Origin: Bacteroidaceae bacterium
Lineage (GTDB): Bacteria > Bacteroidota > Bacteroidia > Bacteroidales > Bacteroidaceae
Reading direction: 5' to 3'
Assembly: GCA_045594245.1 (NCBI GenBank)
Contig: JAZNYG010000015.1
Location: 29,252-93,251, forward strand
DNA: 64,000 nucleotides
Every line of letters begins with the position of its first letter. Positions within the stretch are counted from its first letter, which is position 1. Under the pieces are notes generated by a model. That model saw only the letters and a list, made by a program, of their open reading frames with translations. It did not search any database and was not told the DNA's origin. The translations under genes and the position numbers were made by a program. Positions 29,431-39,462 of this stretch are shown here, one piece after another.

Positions 29431-29510
29431 GTGAAGAGGGAAGAGGGAAGAGTTGCCATCCGGCTTTTCACCTTTCCCCTTATCCCTCTTAACTCTTAAC
29501 TCTTCCCTCT
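29431..29510 (+). repeat. GA/CT palindromic intergenic element, copy 3 (solo)
   Basis: gtgaagagggaagagggaagagttgccatccggc... followed by a pyrimidine arm. It shares the aagagttgccatccgg core with copies 1 and 2. Confidence 0.8.
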
Positions 29511-29511
29511 A

Positions 29512-30090
29512 ATGACTTCCGTTTGCGTATACTGTGCCTCGAGCACACAGATAGATGAGAAATATTTCCGTGCCGCCGAGGAGCTGGGCCACCTGATTGC
29601 CGGGCATGGCCTGACACTGATTACCGGAGCGGGCAAGCTGGGCTTGATGAACACCATCGAGAATGCGGCCCTCGAGGCTGGCGGCAAGGTGACAGGCGTG
29701 ATACCCACCTTCATGGTGCGCGAAGGATGGCACCACGAGGGGCTGACCGAGCTGATAGAGACACCCTCGATGCATGAGCGCAAGCAGACGATGGCCAACC
29801 TCTCGGACGGCATCATCGCCCTGCCGGGCGGATGCGGCACCCTGGAGGAGTTGCTCGAAATCATCACCTGGAAGCAGCTGGGACTCTATGTGAACCCCAT
29901 CGTGATACTCAACATAGACGGATTCTACGATGCACTGCTGGCCCAGCTGGAGAAGGCCGTGGAGGAAAACTTCATGCGGGCCATCCATGCCGACATATGG
30001 AAGGTGGCCACCACGCCTGCCGAGGCCATGGAGCTGCTGCTCAGCACACCGAAGTGGGACAAGAACATACGCAAGTTTGCAGCCATCTGA
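29512..30090 (+). CDS. LOG family (TIGR00730) nucleotide 5'-monophosphate nucleosidase
   Basis: PGGCGTLEEL motif. 192 aa. Confidence 0.9.
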   Translation: MTSVCVYCASSTQIDEKYFRAAEELGHLIAGHGLTLITGAGKLGLMNTIENAALEAGGKVTGVIPTFMVREGWHHEGLTELIETPSMHERKQTMANLSDGIIALPGGCGTLEELLEIITWKQLGLYVNPIVILNIDGFYDALLAQLEKAVEENFMRAIHADIWKVATTPAEAMELLLSTPKWDKNIRKFAAI

Positions 30091-30124
30091 GCACTGCAGT
30101 GCCCCCAAAAAGCGATAGACTGCC

Positions 30125-30826
30125 ATGCACGAGGAAGTTACACTACAGTGGAGCGAACGCATACAAAGCATACCCGCCGAACAGCCTTTGTATGCCGACA
30201 ACTGCTATGTAGCCATCCTGTTTATAGGCTTCTTTTTCATTATGGCTGCATTTATAGGAAAAGAGAATGCCTTTGCGAAAATATTTAATGAGTTTTTTCT
30301 ACCACGTAAGAATACGGGTGAAGGGGTGAAAACTGCAGGCAGTTTCTATATACAGTTGGGGCTTTTGTGTAATACTTTTATAACGACGGCTCTCTTTTTT
30401 GCCATATATATAATGCGTGGGAGTGGATATGAAACAAAGCAAGGCTATCAATTGTTGGCTCTTTTCTTTGTTGCTGCAGCGGCTGTTTATTGGCTTAAAC
30501 AAGGGATATATGGGGCGTTAAATTGGGTGTTCTTTGATAAATCACAGATGAATATCTGGTTACATTGTTATGCTGATTGGACGATTATTTCTGGTATCTC
30601 AATGTATTTAGTTCTATTATTGTCGGTATTCTTTGATTTGTGCTTAACGACAATGACGATTCTATTGATAATTCATATGTTGTTAACTGAAACATGTTTG
30701 TTTTTCAAGGCATTTCACATCTTTTTGGTAAAAAAATATGGCAGTCTGCAATTAATTGTCTACCTTTGCACCCTCGAAATAATGCCCTTGCTTATGGCAG
30801 GAAAAGCATTGACTCAATATTTGTAA
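30125..30826 (+). CDS. Polytopic membrane protein (DUF4271-like)
   Basis: 233 aa with about 6 hydrophobic segments. It sits directly upstream of hemD, as I recall for DUF4271 genes in Bacteroidetes. Confidence 0.5.
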   Translation: MHEEVTLQWSERIQSIPAEQPLYADNCYVAILFIGFFFIMAAFIGKENAFAKIFNEFFLPRKNTGEGVKTAGSFYIQLGLLCNTFITTALFFAIYIMRGSGYETKQGYQLLALFFVAAAAVYWLKQGIYGALNWVFFDKSQMNIWLHCYADWTIISGISMYLVLLLSVFFDLCLTTMTILLIIHMLLTETCLFFKAFHIFLVKKYGSLQLIVYLCTLEIMPLLMAGKALTQYL

Positions 30827-30847
30827 GGAAGACAAAAACATTAAGCT

Positions 30848-31594
30848 TTGAAAGTAACTAAGATTCTCGTTTCGCAGCCTAAGCCGGCATCGGACAAATC
30901 ACCCTATTTTGACATTGCACGTAAGTATAATGTGACTATTGATTTTAAGCAGTTTATTAAGGTTGAGAGCTTGAGCTCCAAGGAATTTAGGCAACAGAAG
31001 ATCGCAATTCTTGACTATACTGCTATCGTGTTTACTTCGCGACATGCAATAGATCACTTTTTTGGATTATGTGCCGAGTTACGTGTCAATGTACCTGAGA
31101 CAATGAAATATTTTTGTGTCTCAGAGACAATCGCTTTGTACATTCAAAAGTATGTACAATATCGTAAGCGTAAGATATTTTTTGGCGATAATGGTAAGAT
31201 TGATGGTTTGCTCCCTGTGATGGTGAAACATAAGAACGAGAAATATTTTGTTCCGTTGTCGAGTGTGCATACCGATGATATCAAAGATATGCTAGATAAG
31301 AATAACTTGCAGCATGCAGAAGCTGTCATGTACCGTACGGTAAGTAAACTTTTCAATCCGGGGGAACTTGATGGCTACGACATGATGATATTCTTCAGCC
31401 CCTCAGGTATCGTATCGCTCAAGGAAAACCTCCCCAAATTTGATCAGGGTGATATGAGAATCGGATGCTTCGGCCCTGCCACAGCAGCCGCCATTAAGGA
31501 GGCTGGCTTACGACTTGACCTTGAAGCACCAACAGCCGAGGCTCCTTCAATGACTATGGCATTAGAACAGTATCTGACTAAGGTAAACAAGTAA
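30848..31594 (+). CDS. hemD: Uroporphyrinogen-III synthase-like protein
   Basis: The N-terminus KILVSQPKP..KSPYFD..KYNV.IDF is typical of Bacteroidetes HemD-like proteins. Only a TTG start is available. Confidence 0.75.
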   Translation: MKVTKILVSQPKPASDKSPYFDIARKYNVTIDFKQFIKVESLSSKEFRQQKIAILDYTAIVFTSRHAIDHFFGLCAELRVNVPETMKYFCVSETIALYIQKYVQYRKRKIFFGDNGKIDGLLPVMVKHKNEKYFVPLSSVHTDDIKDMLDKNNLQHAEAVMYRTVSKLFNPGELDGYDMMIFFSPSGIVSLKENLPKFDQGDMRIGCFGPATAAAIKEAGLRLDLEAPTAEAPSMTMALEQYLTKVNK

Positions 31595-31615
31595 CAAAAC
31601 ATTCTACGCAACGAG

Positions 31616-31654
31616 CGAGCTGCAGTCATTAGGGCTTGCAGCTCGTTTCTTTTC
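31616..31654 (+). terminator. Hairpin terminator after hemD
   Basis: 9-bp stem cgagctgca/tgcagctcg followed by tttcttttcc. Confidence 0.6.
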
Positions 31655-31667
31655 CTTCCCCGACACC

Positions 31668-32060
31668 ATGACACCTACGCCAAGAAACACCTTCAAGAAA
31701 AGCGAGCGCCTATGCAGCCGCATACTGATGGACTGTCTCTTCCAGGGAGACAACCGCACGGCTACAGCATACCCCCTCAGAGCAGTATTCCTGCCCGTAG
31801 AGGAGGAGCAGCAGAAGGGCATATCCATACTCATCAGCGTGCCGAAGAAGCGTTTCCACGATGCCGTAGACCGCAACCGGGTGAAGAGGCAGATACGCGA
31901 AGCCTACCGCAAGAACAAGCACGCTTTGGCCGAGCAGGTAGCCCAAAGCGGAAAGGGATTATTAGTGGCTCTCATCTACGTGTCGGCCGAGATTGAGACG
32001 ACCGAACAGATTGAGAAACGCATGATACGGCTGTTGGACAAGATAAGCGCTGCACTATGA
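31668..32060 (+). CDS. rnpA: Ribonuclease P protein component
   Basis: 130 aa, basic, with FKKSERL and [18 protein letters not shown] motifs. Followed by yidD. Confidence 0.8.
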   Translation: MTPTPRNTFKKSERLCSRILMDCLFQGDNRTATAYPLRAVFLPVEEEQQKGISILISVPKKRFHDAVDRNRVKRQIREAYRKNKHALAEQVAQSGKGLLVALIYVSAEIETTEQIEKRMIRLLDKISAAL

Positions 32061-32278
32061 AGAAGCTGCTGACATACATCCTACTACTCCCAATATACTT
32101 CTATCGGGCATGCATCTCTCCGCTCACTCCGCCCTCGTGCCGCTACACCCCCACCTGCTCACAGTATGCCATCGAGGCACTGAAGAAGCATGGCCCCTTC
32201 AAGGGACTGTACCTTGCCATACGTAGAATCCTCCGCTGCCACCCTTGGGGCGGCTCGGGCTATGACCCCGTACCATGA
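32057..32278 (+). CDS. yidD: Membrane protein insertion efficiency factor
   Basis: [22 protein letters not shown]...HG and CHPW..GYDPVP motifs. 4-nt overlap with rnpA. Confidence 0.9.
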   Translation: MKKLLTYILLLPIYFYRACISPLTPPSCRYTPTCSQYAIEALKKHGPFKGLYLAIRRILRCHPWGGSGYDPVP

Positions 32279-32931
32279 TATACGACATACATACCCATTA
32301 CCACCCCGAAGAGGCAGGCACAGCCATCGTGCAGCTCACACCGGATGCCTTTACCCCTCTTCCCGGGCACTACTACTCCGTAGGGCTACACCCGTGGGAC
32401 ATCGCCGACGACTGGAAAACCCAGCTCGCCAAAATGGCCGTAATGGCCCTGCATCCACAGGTGGTAATGATAGGCGAAGCAGGCATCGACAAGAAAAACG
32501 GCTCGGCACCCATCGAACTCCAGCTTGAAGTACTGCGCGAACAGATAAGACTGAGCGAGATAGTGCGCAAGCCCCTCATCATACATTGCGTGAAGGGAGT
32601 AGACGAACTGCTGGCCATACGCAAAGAGACGAAAGCCACCCTACCCTGGGTGCTACACAACTTCCGAGGAGGCATAAAACAATATGAGCAGCTCAAGCGG
32701 GCAGGCATCTACGTCAGCGTGGGAGAACGCTACGACGAAGAGTTCGTACAGGAAGTCCCCCTCACAGACATCCTGATCGAGAGCGACGAATTCTGCGGCG
32801 TATACACCATCTACGAACTGGTCAGCAGCGATATGGATATGGACGAAGCAGACCTCCGCAAACACGTGTGGCTCAATATACGCCACATACTCGGATGGGA
32901 ACTCGACTGGGACCCCAACCCACCCTTTTGA
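32275..32931 (+). CDS. TatD-family metal-dependent hydrolase
   Basis: DIHTH, GEAGID, IIHCV and ESD motifs. 4-nt overlap with yidD. Confidence 0.75.
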   Translation: MIYDIHTHYHPEEAGTAIVQLTPDAFTPLPGHYYSVGLHPWDIADDWKTQLAKMAVMALHPQVVMIGEAGIDKKNGSAPIELQLEVLREQIRLSEIVRKPLIIHCVKGVDELLAIRKETKATLPWVLHNFRGGIKQYEQLKRAGIYVSVGERYDEEFVQEVPLTDILIESDEFCGVYTIYELVSSDMDMDEADLRKHVWLNIRHILGWELDWDPNPPF

Positions 32932-32972
32932 TATTCTCTGCCGTTTCGTTTGTGTGTTCGGCCAAAGAGTTG

Positions 32973-32980
32973 TAACTTTG
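32973..32980 (+). promoter_or_regulatory. -7 box TAACTTTG (tyrS)
   Basis: Exact motif, 41 nt upstream of the ATG. Confidence 0.5.
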
Positions 32981-33020
32981 CACCTCTAAAGCATAAAAAA
33001 CATAATACCTATATAACTAT

Positions 33021-34313
33021 ATGAACTTTGTAGAAGAACTCCAATGGCGCGGCATGGTACACACCATGATGCCCGGAACAGAAGAATTGTTGAGTAAAGA
33101 AATGGTAACGGCTTACTTGGGTATTGACCCCACAGCCGACTCACTGCACATCGGGCACCTCTGCGGTGTAATGATGCTGCGTCACCTGCAGCGTTGCGGC
33201 CACAAGCCCCTGGCGCTCGTAGGCGGTGCTACCGGTATGATTGGCGACCCCTCGGGCAAGTCGCAGGAGCGCAACCTGCTCAATGAGGAGACCCTGCGCC
33301 ACAACCAGGAGTGCATCAAGAAGCAGTTGGCCAAGTTCCTCGACTTTGAGAGCGATGCGCCCAACTGCGCCGAACTCGTGAACAACTACGACTGGATGAA
33401 GGACTTCACCTTCCTCGACTTTGCACGCGAGGTGGGCAAGCACATCACCGTCAACTACATGATGGCCAAGGACTCTGTGCAGAAGCGTCTCAATGGCGAG
33501 GCCCGCGACGGACTCTCCTTCACCGAGTTTACCTACCAGCTGCTCCAGGGCTACGACTTCCTCTACCTCAACGAACACAAGAACTGTAAGCTCCAGATGG
33601 GCGGTAGCGACCAGTGGGGCAACATCACCACTGGTGCCGAGCTCATCCGCCGCACCAGCGGCAACGAGGTATATGCCCTCACCTGCCCCCTCATCACCAA
33701 GGCCGACGGCGGCAAGTTTGGCAAGACCGAGTCGGGCAACGTATGGCTCGACCCGCGCTACACCTCACCCTACAAGTTCTACCAGTTCTGGCTCAACGTG
33801 AGCGACGACGATGCAGCCAAGTACATCAAGATCTTTACTGCCATCGGCCGCGAAGAGATTGAGAGCCTCATCGCCGAGCATGCCGAGGCTCCGCACATGC
33901 GTATCCTGCAGAAGCGCCTCGCCAAGGAGGTGACCATCATGGTACACTCTGAGGCCGACTACGAGGCTGCTGTGGAGGCATCGGGTATCCTTTTCGGCAA
34001 CAACACCCACGACGCACTGGTGAAGCTCGATGAAGACACCCTACTTGCCGTGTTCGAGGGCGTACCCCAATTTAAAGTATCACGCGCGAAGATTGAGGCT
34101 GGCATCAAGGCCGTAGACCTCTTTGCCGAAGAGTCGGCCGTATTCCCCTCGAAGGGCGAGATGCGCAAGATGGCTCAGGGCGGTGGCGTATCGCTCAACA
34201 AGGAGAAGCTCGCAGCCTTCGACCAAGAGATTACCACCAAGGACCTGCTCAACGACAAATACCTGCTCGTGCAGCGCGGCAAGAAGAACTATTTCTTGCT
34301 CATTGCAGAATAA
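33021..34313 (+). CDS. tyrS: Tyrosine--tRNA ligase
   Basis: Class I motifs SLHIGHL (HIGH) and KFGKT (KMSKS). C-terminal S4-like domain. Confidence 0.95.
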   Translation: MNFVEELQWRGMVHTMMPGTEELLSKEMVTAYLGIDPTADSLHIGHLCGVMMLRHLQRCGHKPLALVGGATGMIGDPSGKSQERNLLNEETLRHNQECIKKQLAKFLDFESDAPNCAELVNNYDWMKDFTFLDFAREVGKHITVNYMMAKDSVQKRLNGEARDGLSFTEFTYQLLQGYDFLYLNEHKNCKLQMGGSDQWGNITTGAELIRRTSGNEVYALTCPLITKADGGKFGKTESGNVWLDPRYTSPYKFYQFWLNVSDDDAAKYIKIFTAIGREEIESLIAEHAEAPHMRILQKRLAKEVTIMVHSEADYEAAVEASGILFGNNTHDALVKLDEDTLLAVFEGVPQFKVSRAKIEAGIKAVDLFAEESAVFPSKGEMRKMAQGGGVSLNKEKLAAFDQEITTKDLLNDKYLLVQRGKKNYFLLIAE

Positions 34314-34337
34314 CAGCAGCAAGAAAGTTTCTATACA

Positions 34338-34377
34338 AGAGAGGGTATCACCACGTGCGATACCCTCTTTCTTTTTC
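34338..34377 (+). terminator. Rho-independent terminator after tyrS
   Basis: Stem gagggtatc/gataccctc with extension, 9-nt loop, then a T-rich tail. Confidence 0.7.
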
Positions 34378-34531
34378 TATAAAGAGAGTCCTTTCGCACC
34401 GCTAAAATATGTTATGCAACATGTTTCGGACAAAAATAAGAACAAAAAGTTTTACAAGACGTGTTTTTGTCTTAAATTCGCCCCATTAAACAAAATCACA
34501 TAAAACTTTATTAACTTTAATACAAAAAGCT

Positions 34532-37321
34532 ATGATGAAAAAATTACTCTCAGCTTCACTCTTTGCTTTTGTTGCATTGTCAGCAAGTGCTTACAATGTA
34601 GGTGACTTTGTGTATACAAAGATTGCAAAGTACAAGATTACAGGCGAAAACCTCGTAGTGAACGGCCAGTTCAAGAACGGCACTACCGGTACCGAGGGTT
34701 GGACAGCAACAGACGCTACTCTTCCTCTTGAGACCACATTTACCATGGGCGTAGATGGCCCTAACGGTTCTAACACACAGAAGGTTCTTGCCGGCCAGAC
34801 CGCTCTCACGAACGGTATGTATCAGCAGGTTGCTATCACTCAGGGAGGTACATACGTGGTATCTTTCAAGGTGATGGGTTCTACAGCCGGTTTCACTGAC
34901 CTTGACCTCACAGGTGGCAACACCAACTACATGAATGCCTATTACAACACCGACGGTACACTCGGTACAGTTGACGGCACCAATCTTCTTTATGGTGAGA
35001 ACGGCGTAAATGGCGGTTATCAGTTCAGCTACGGCGCTGATGGTTTCACCGAAATCTCATTTGCTGTTGAGGCTCCTGCAGAAGGTAACATCATGATTGA
35101 CTTCCGCGGTATGGCTGAAGGCCTTGAGATTGCCGACGTAACTTGCCACCTCGCAGAAAACGTATACGACGACCGTATCGCCAAAGATCGTATCGCCTAC
35201 CTCAACAAATACCTCGTTAGCGAAGGTATCGATGAGAGAGAGTTCTACGATGACTTCCTGGGCGCTGTTATCGACGTAGAGAGTGCTCTTGAAGATGGCG
35301 CTTCTCCTGAACAGATGGCTATCGTAATGGAGAGCCTTGAAGGCGTATGGAGCGAGTTTGTTACCGCAAACTTTGAGAACGTATTGGACTTCATTCCTAC
35401 CAAAGACGGTTCTGCTGCTACAGGTAACAACTCTGCCAACTGGATGTATTGGACTGCTAAATGGAACAAGTTGAGCAATGATTATAAGAACCAAGCTCCT
35501 TGGGCATGGTCAACAGACCGTTGGTGCCACAAGACTGCTGCTGCAGATTCTCCTATGGCTATCCAATGGATGCGTGGCGCCGGTGCCAACAGCAACTGGA
35601 ACAACATAGCTACATTGACCGCAACCCTTTCTCCTGGTACCTACTACTGGGGCGTAACAGGCCAAGGCGGTATGATGACACTGAACAAGAACCGTTGGGC
35701 TCGCTCTTGGGCCGACGAGTGTGCCGAGACAAAGCTTTTCTTCAATGGTGACACCATCCTGGTTGACACCTTGAATGCAGCCCGCAACGAGGACTATGTT
35801 GTAGAATTCAAGTTGGAAGAAGCGAAGGAGATTACATTGGGTATCATCTGTAACAATGTATCAACATCTGAAAACGCTGGTTTCGACGTACAGTTCTACT
35901 CTCCCGTACTCTACAAGTTGGTCATTGAAGGTGAGCTCACCGAGCAGCAGAAGGCTTACCTCTCAGCTGTAGAGACACAGCTCGCGGCTCTTAAGGGACG
36001 TATTGACGTAGCTAACGAATACCTTGCTGAGACACAGGTGCTCCTTCCTTGGGGTAAGGAGGCTTTGAAGGAGGGTGTAATTGAAGCACAGGCTCGCTAT
36101 GATGCATGGGCAGCTCTGACACAGGACGACATCCTTGCCATGCTTGACAATTATGAGACTTTGGGCGACACCATCATGAACAACGGTGTACGCTTCCTCA
36201 ACAACAACTACATCAATCCGTTCATTGCCATGAACAAGCCTTTGACCGACATGCCCGATGCCATCGAGGCAGCTACAGCTACCAAGGGCCAGCGTATCTA
36301 CTCAAGCTCAGCCAAGATGGACGACCTCGCTGCCAAGATTGCTGAGTCACAGGCTCTCTACGATGCTAAGTTGGTAGCTCCGTTCTCTTCTGAGGATTCA
36401 TTGGCACTCGTAAACCAGAAGTTGGATTTGGAGGCTATGGTAGAGGCATTCAAGCTTGCTATCGACGCTACCATACTTGTTGACATCGACTTCGGTACAC
36501 AGGACGCTCCTGCTACATTCAACACCATTGAGTATACCGATACCACAGGTGCTCCTAACTACTACTACACTATCGCAGGTGCTAAGGGTCTCATGACCTT
36601 CACCGACATTGAAGGTTCATATCCTTACGCTCTCGGTTGGGGCAGTACCACCGACGAGAATACTGGTGCTCTCATCCTCACCGACTCACTCGGTATGCTC
36701 CGCGTAGGTAATTCTGAGGCAGTAGTAGAGATTGAAGGCGCTCCCGCTAAGGAAACTGATATCGTAAACATCCAGTTCGACTTCTACGCAGGTAAGCTGT
36801 CTGGCAAGAAGGCTGGTTACAAGGTTCTTTCTGCTGAGGGCGACACGATTTGCGGTCTCTTCTTCTCTAGCTACACAGGCGATGATGAGTTGAACACATT
36901 CGGTGTTGACTACAATGGCAAGATTCCTGGTGTAGGTTCATCTTCAGCCAGCAACAGTGCTATTGCCGCTGAGAGCAACAAGACCGCGTTCGACATCGTG
37001 CTCGACTATGGTGCAAAGACCATGTACTGTACCACATCAAGCTCTAAGGGTACTGTAACTACAGAAGTAATTGCACTCCCCGAGGTAGCTCCTAAGCAGT
37101 TTATCCTCTACTCTAACTACAACAATGCAGACCGTCGCTGCTGGTTCGACAACCTGATTATCCAGAACATCGCAGCTGGTCCAGTAGAGCAGGGCATCGA
37201 GAACGTAGAGTCTGTTAAGGTATTTGACAACGCTATGTACAACCTCCAGGGTCAGCGTATCCTCGCTCCTGTAAAGGGTCAGATCTACATCCAGAACGGC
37301 AAGAAGATGCTTGCTAAGTAA
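34532..37321 (+). CDS. Large secreted protein with an N-terminal CBM4/9-like module and a T9SS C-terminal sorting domain; function unknown
   Basis: Signal peptide MMKKLLSASLFAFVALSASA. NLVVNGQFKNGTTGTEGW resembles CBM_4_9. There is a helical central region. The C-terminus ...VFDNAMYNLQGQRILAPVKGQIYIQNGKKMLAK is a typical T9SS type A CTD. Confidence 0.7.
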   Translation: MMKKLLSASLFAFVALSASAYNVGDFVYTKIAKYKITGENLVVNGQFKNGTTGTEGWTATDATLPLETTFTMGVDGPNGSNTQKVLAGQTALTNGMYQQVAITQGGTYVVSFKVMGSTAGFTDLDLTGGNTNYMNAYYNTDGTLGTVDGTNLLYGENGVNGGYQFSYGADGFTEISFAVEAPAEGNIMIDFRGMAEGLEIADVTCHLAENVYDDRIAKDRIAYLNKYLVSEGIDEREFYDDFLGAVIDVESALEDGASPEQMAIVMESLEGVWSEFVTANFENVLDFIPTKDGSAATGNNSANWMYWTAKWNKLSNDYKNQAPWAWSTDRWCHKTAAADSPMAIQWMRGAGANSNWNNIATLTATLSPGTYYWGVTGQGGMMTLNKNRWARSWADECAETKLFFNGDTILVDTLNAARNEDYVVEFKLEEAKEITLGIICNNVSTSENAGFDVQFYSPVLYKLVIEGELTEQQKAYLSAVETQLAALKGRIDVANEYLAETQVLLPWGKEALKEGVIEAQARYDAWAALTQDDILAMLDNYETLGDTIMNNGVRFLNNNYINPFIAMNKPLTDMPDAIEAATATKGQRIYSSSAKMDDLAAKIAESQALYDAKLVAPFSSEDSLALVNQKLDLEAMVEAFKLAIDATILVDIDFGTQDAPATFNTIEYTDTTGAPNYYYTIAGAKGLMTFTDIEGSYPYALGWGSTTDENTGALILTDSLGMLRVGNSEAVVEIEGAPAKETDIVNIQFDFYAGKLSGKKAGYKVLSAEGDTICGLFFSSYTGDDELNTFGVDYNGKIPGVGSSSASNSAIAAESNKTAFDIVLDYGAKTMYCTTSSSKGTVTTEVIALPEVAPKQFILYSNYNNADRRCWFDNLIIQNIAAGPVEQGIENVESVKVFDNAMYNLQGQRILAPVKGQIYIQNGKKMLAK

Positions 37322-37345
37322 TCTTTGAATACATAACCACTACCG

Positions 37346-37380
37346 AGGGGTGGCTCCACACGAGCCACCCCTTATTTATT
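37346..37380 (+). terminator. Rho-independent terminator after the T9SS cargo gene
   Basis: 11-bp stem aggggtggctc/gagccacccct, 5-nt loop, then tatttatt. Confidence 0.7.
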
Positions 37381-37445
37381 GTCGATTATTGGCGGACCTC
37401 CTGTAAAAAATATTATTATGTTTTCCCATTTTAAAAACTTCGTAC

Positions 37446-37453
37446 TACCTTTG
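37446..37453 (+). promoter_or_regulatory. -7 box TACCTTTG (CE12-like esterase)
   Basis: Exact motif, 46 nt upstream of the ATG. Confidence 0.5.
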
Positions 37454-37498
37454 TAGGGAAGTTATTATTAATGTGTAAAGTATATATTTGTCATTATC

Positions 37499-39436
37499 AT
37501 GAAAGCAAGACTTCGTATTTTACCATTGGTATTGGTGGCACTTATGTTGATGAGTGCCGATGGTATTAAGGTGCATACTTGTGGAGATTCCACTATGGCT
37601 CCTTACGATGAATCAGCCACGGTGACACGTGGATGGGGAATGTATCTGCAGCAGTTCCTCGAGGGCGTAACCTCGGTAAACTATGCTCGCGGGGGACGTG
37701 ATACTCGTGGCTTCTACAATGAGGCCGATCGTTGGGGAGCTGTGAAGAACAATATGCAACCAGGCGATTATGTAATCATTCAGTTTGCCCATAATGATGA
37801 GAAGCATGGGGGTATGGATGCAGTGGCTCTGAAGGCATATTATGAAAAGATTGGTGATGCGGCTAGTGCAGCAGCATTGGATAATCGTGGTACTCATCCC
37901 TCTACCACGTATAAAGAGTACCTGCGTAAATATGTGGAGGAGACAAGGGCTTTGGGAGGAAATCCTATCCTCGTGGCTCCCGTATGCCGCAGCTACTTCT
38001 CGGGGTCGAAGATTCGTCGCAATGGAAAGCATGACCTAGGCGATAATTTCTCTAAACTGACAGAGAATGGTCCTATAGCCAATCAGAAGGTAGGCGAGGA
38101 TGATAACAGCATGGACTATGCCTATCAGATGCAGTTGGTAGCTGAGGAAATGGAGGTGCCCTTTATCGACCTCACTACAGCTACAGCAGAATTGTATGAA
38201 AGCTATGGCGATGCCAAGTGTCATGAGCTCCTATTTGATGGCGATGGTAGCACACACTTCAATACTACAGGTGCGCTCCTTGTTGCTCGTAAATGTGCAG
38301 AGTTGATGAAGGCTCAGGGTATCTTGGCCGATAATATTGTACTCCCGAGTGATCTTAGCATAACACCCTCTGAAGCAGATTTGGGTGAAGCCTACAAAGG
38401 ACAAACTTTGCGTAAGGAGTTCACACTAAATGGCTTCAGTCTATCTCCCGATAAGGGCTCTGTTCGTATCGTGGCATCTGAAGGGATAACTCTTTCTATA
38501 GACAAGACCAATTGGGTGAATGAGTTGAATATCCCATATGTAGCGGCAACGCTCATACAAACATTCTATGCGCAGCTTACGTTGGAGGAAAATGGGTTGA
38601 CAGAGGGATGTATCACTATCGAGCAAGGTGCTAATACGATTACCGTACCGGTGAAGGCCACTGCAGTAACGCTTGAGGGAGGTACTGATGTGAAGGCCTA
38701 TTGGCGTCTTGATAGCGACAATACAGGGTGTGTGCTTACAGGTCCGGCCACAGTAATCGAACAGTCATGGTCAAATATGTATGTGCAACGCTACCAGGCA
38801 CCCAAAGGTGGAGTTGACGGCAATGGGGAGTACTATACCAAATACCCGGATGGCATTCCCGAGGGGGATACTCCTGACCGCAAGACACAGCGCAATCTGC
38901 TTACAGGTGATGCTTGGCCTGATGGCGAGATTGATGACAACCCCGATCGCTATATTGACTTTGGCCTGAAAGCGAATGTCGGGACATCGCTGAAGATTAA
39001 CAATATAAGCTTGTATGTTGGTGGTGCTGGAGGCAATGGTATGATGTGCCACGTTTATTACTCCACGGATAATTTCAATACCCGTACCACTATATATGCT
39101 CCAAGTAAGATGGTGTCAAATACGATGAATCTTGTTACCGCCCAGCCAGTAATGACGTTGAAGGAGGGGGAGGAACTCCACGTACGTATATATCCTTGGT
39201 ATAATGGAGCTGCTACAGGAAAGACGCTGTGCTTGAGCGATGTGACGATAAGTGGTATGGCCTTTGATGCTGCAGGCGAGGGTATCAGTTTTGAATCAGC
39301 AGACAATCCTCACGTGGTAGCTGTGACCTATTATGATGTGAGTGGCAGAGAACTCAGTGCTCTCTCGGATGGTGTGAATATTGTCTGCACTGAATATTCA
39401 AATGGGAATATGTCAGTGAGCAAGATACTTCCTTAG
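37499..39436 (+). CDS. SGNH/GDSL hydrolase (CE12-like acetylesterase) with a T9SS C-terminal sorting domain
   Basis: Signal peptide. SGNH blocks CGDSTM, ARGGRD, FAHNDE and DGSTHF. A long beta-rich C-terminal region ends in VTYYDVSGRELSALSDGVNIVC...VSKILP (CTD-like). Confidence 0.75.
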   Translation: MKARLRILPLVLVALMLMSADGIKVHTCGDSTMAPYDESATVTRGWGMYLQQFLEGVTSVNYARGGRDTRGFYNEADRWGAVKNNMQPGDYVIIQFAHNDEKHGGMDAVALKAYYEKIGDAASAAALDNRGTHPSTTYKEYLRKYVEETRALGGNPILVAPVCRSYFSGSKIRRNGKHDLGDNFSKLTENGPIANQKVGEDDNSMDYAYQMQLVAEEMEVPFIDLTTATAELYESYGDAKCHELLFDGDGSTHFNTTGALLVARKCAELMKAQGILADNIVLPSDLSITPSEADLGEAYKGQTLRKEFTLNGFSLSPDKGSVRIVASEGITLSIDKTNWVNELNIPYVAATLIQTFYAQLTLEENGLTEGCITIEQGANTITVPVKATAVTLEGGTDVKAYWRLDSDNTGCVLTGPATVIEQSWSNMYVQRYQAPKGGVDGNGEYYTKYPDGIPEGDTPDRKTQRNLLTGDAWPDGEIDDNPDRYIDFGLKANVGTSLKINNISLYVGGAGGNGMMCHVYYSTDNFNTRTTIYAPSKMVSNTMNLVTAQPVMTLKEGEELHVRIYPWYNGAATGKTLCLSDVTISGMAFDAAGEGISFESADNPHVVAVTYYDVSGRELSALSDGVNIVCTEYSNGNMSVSKILP

Positions 39437-39462
39437 TGGGAATCTATTGAGATACAGTACGC

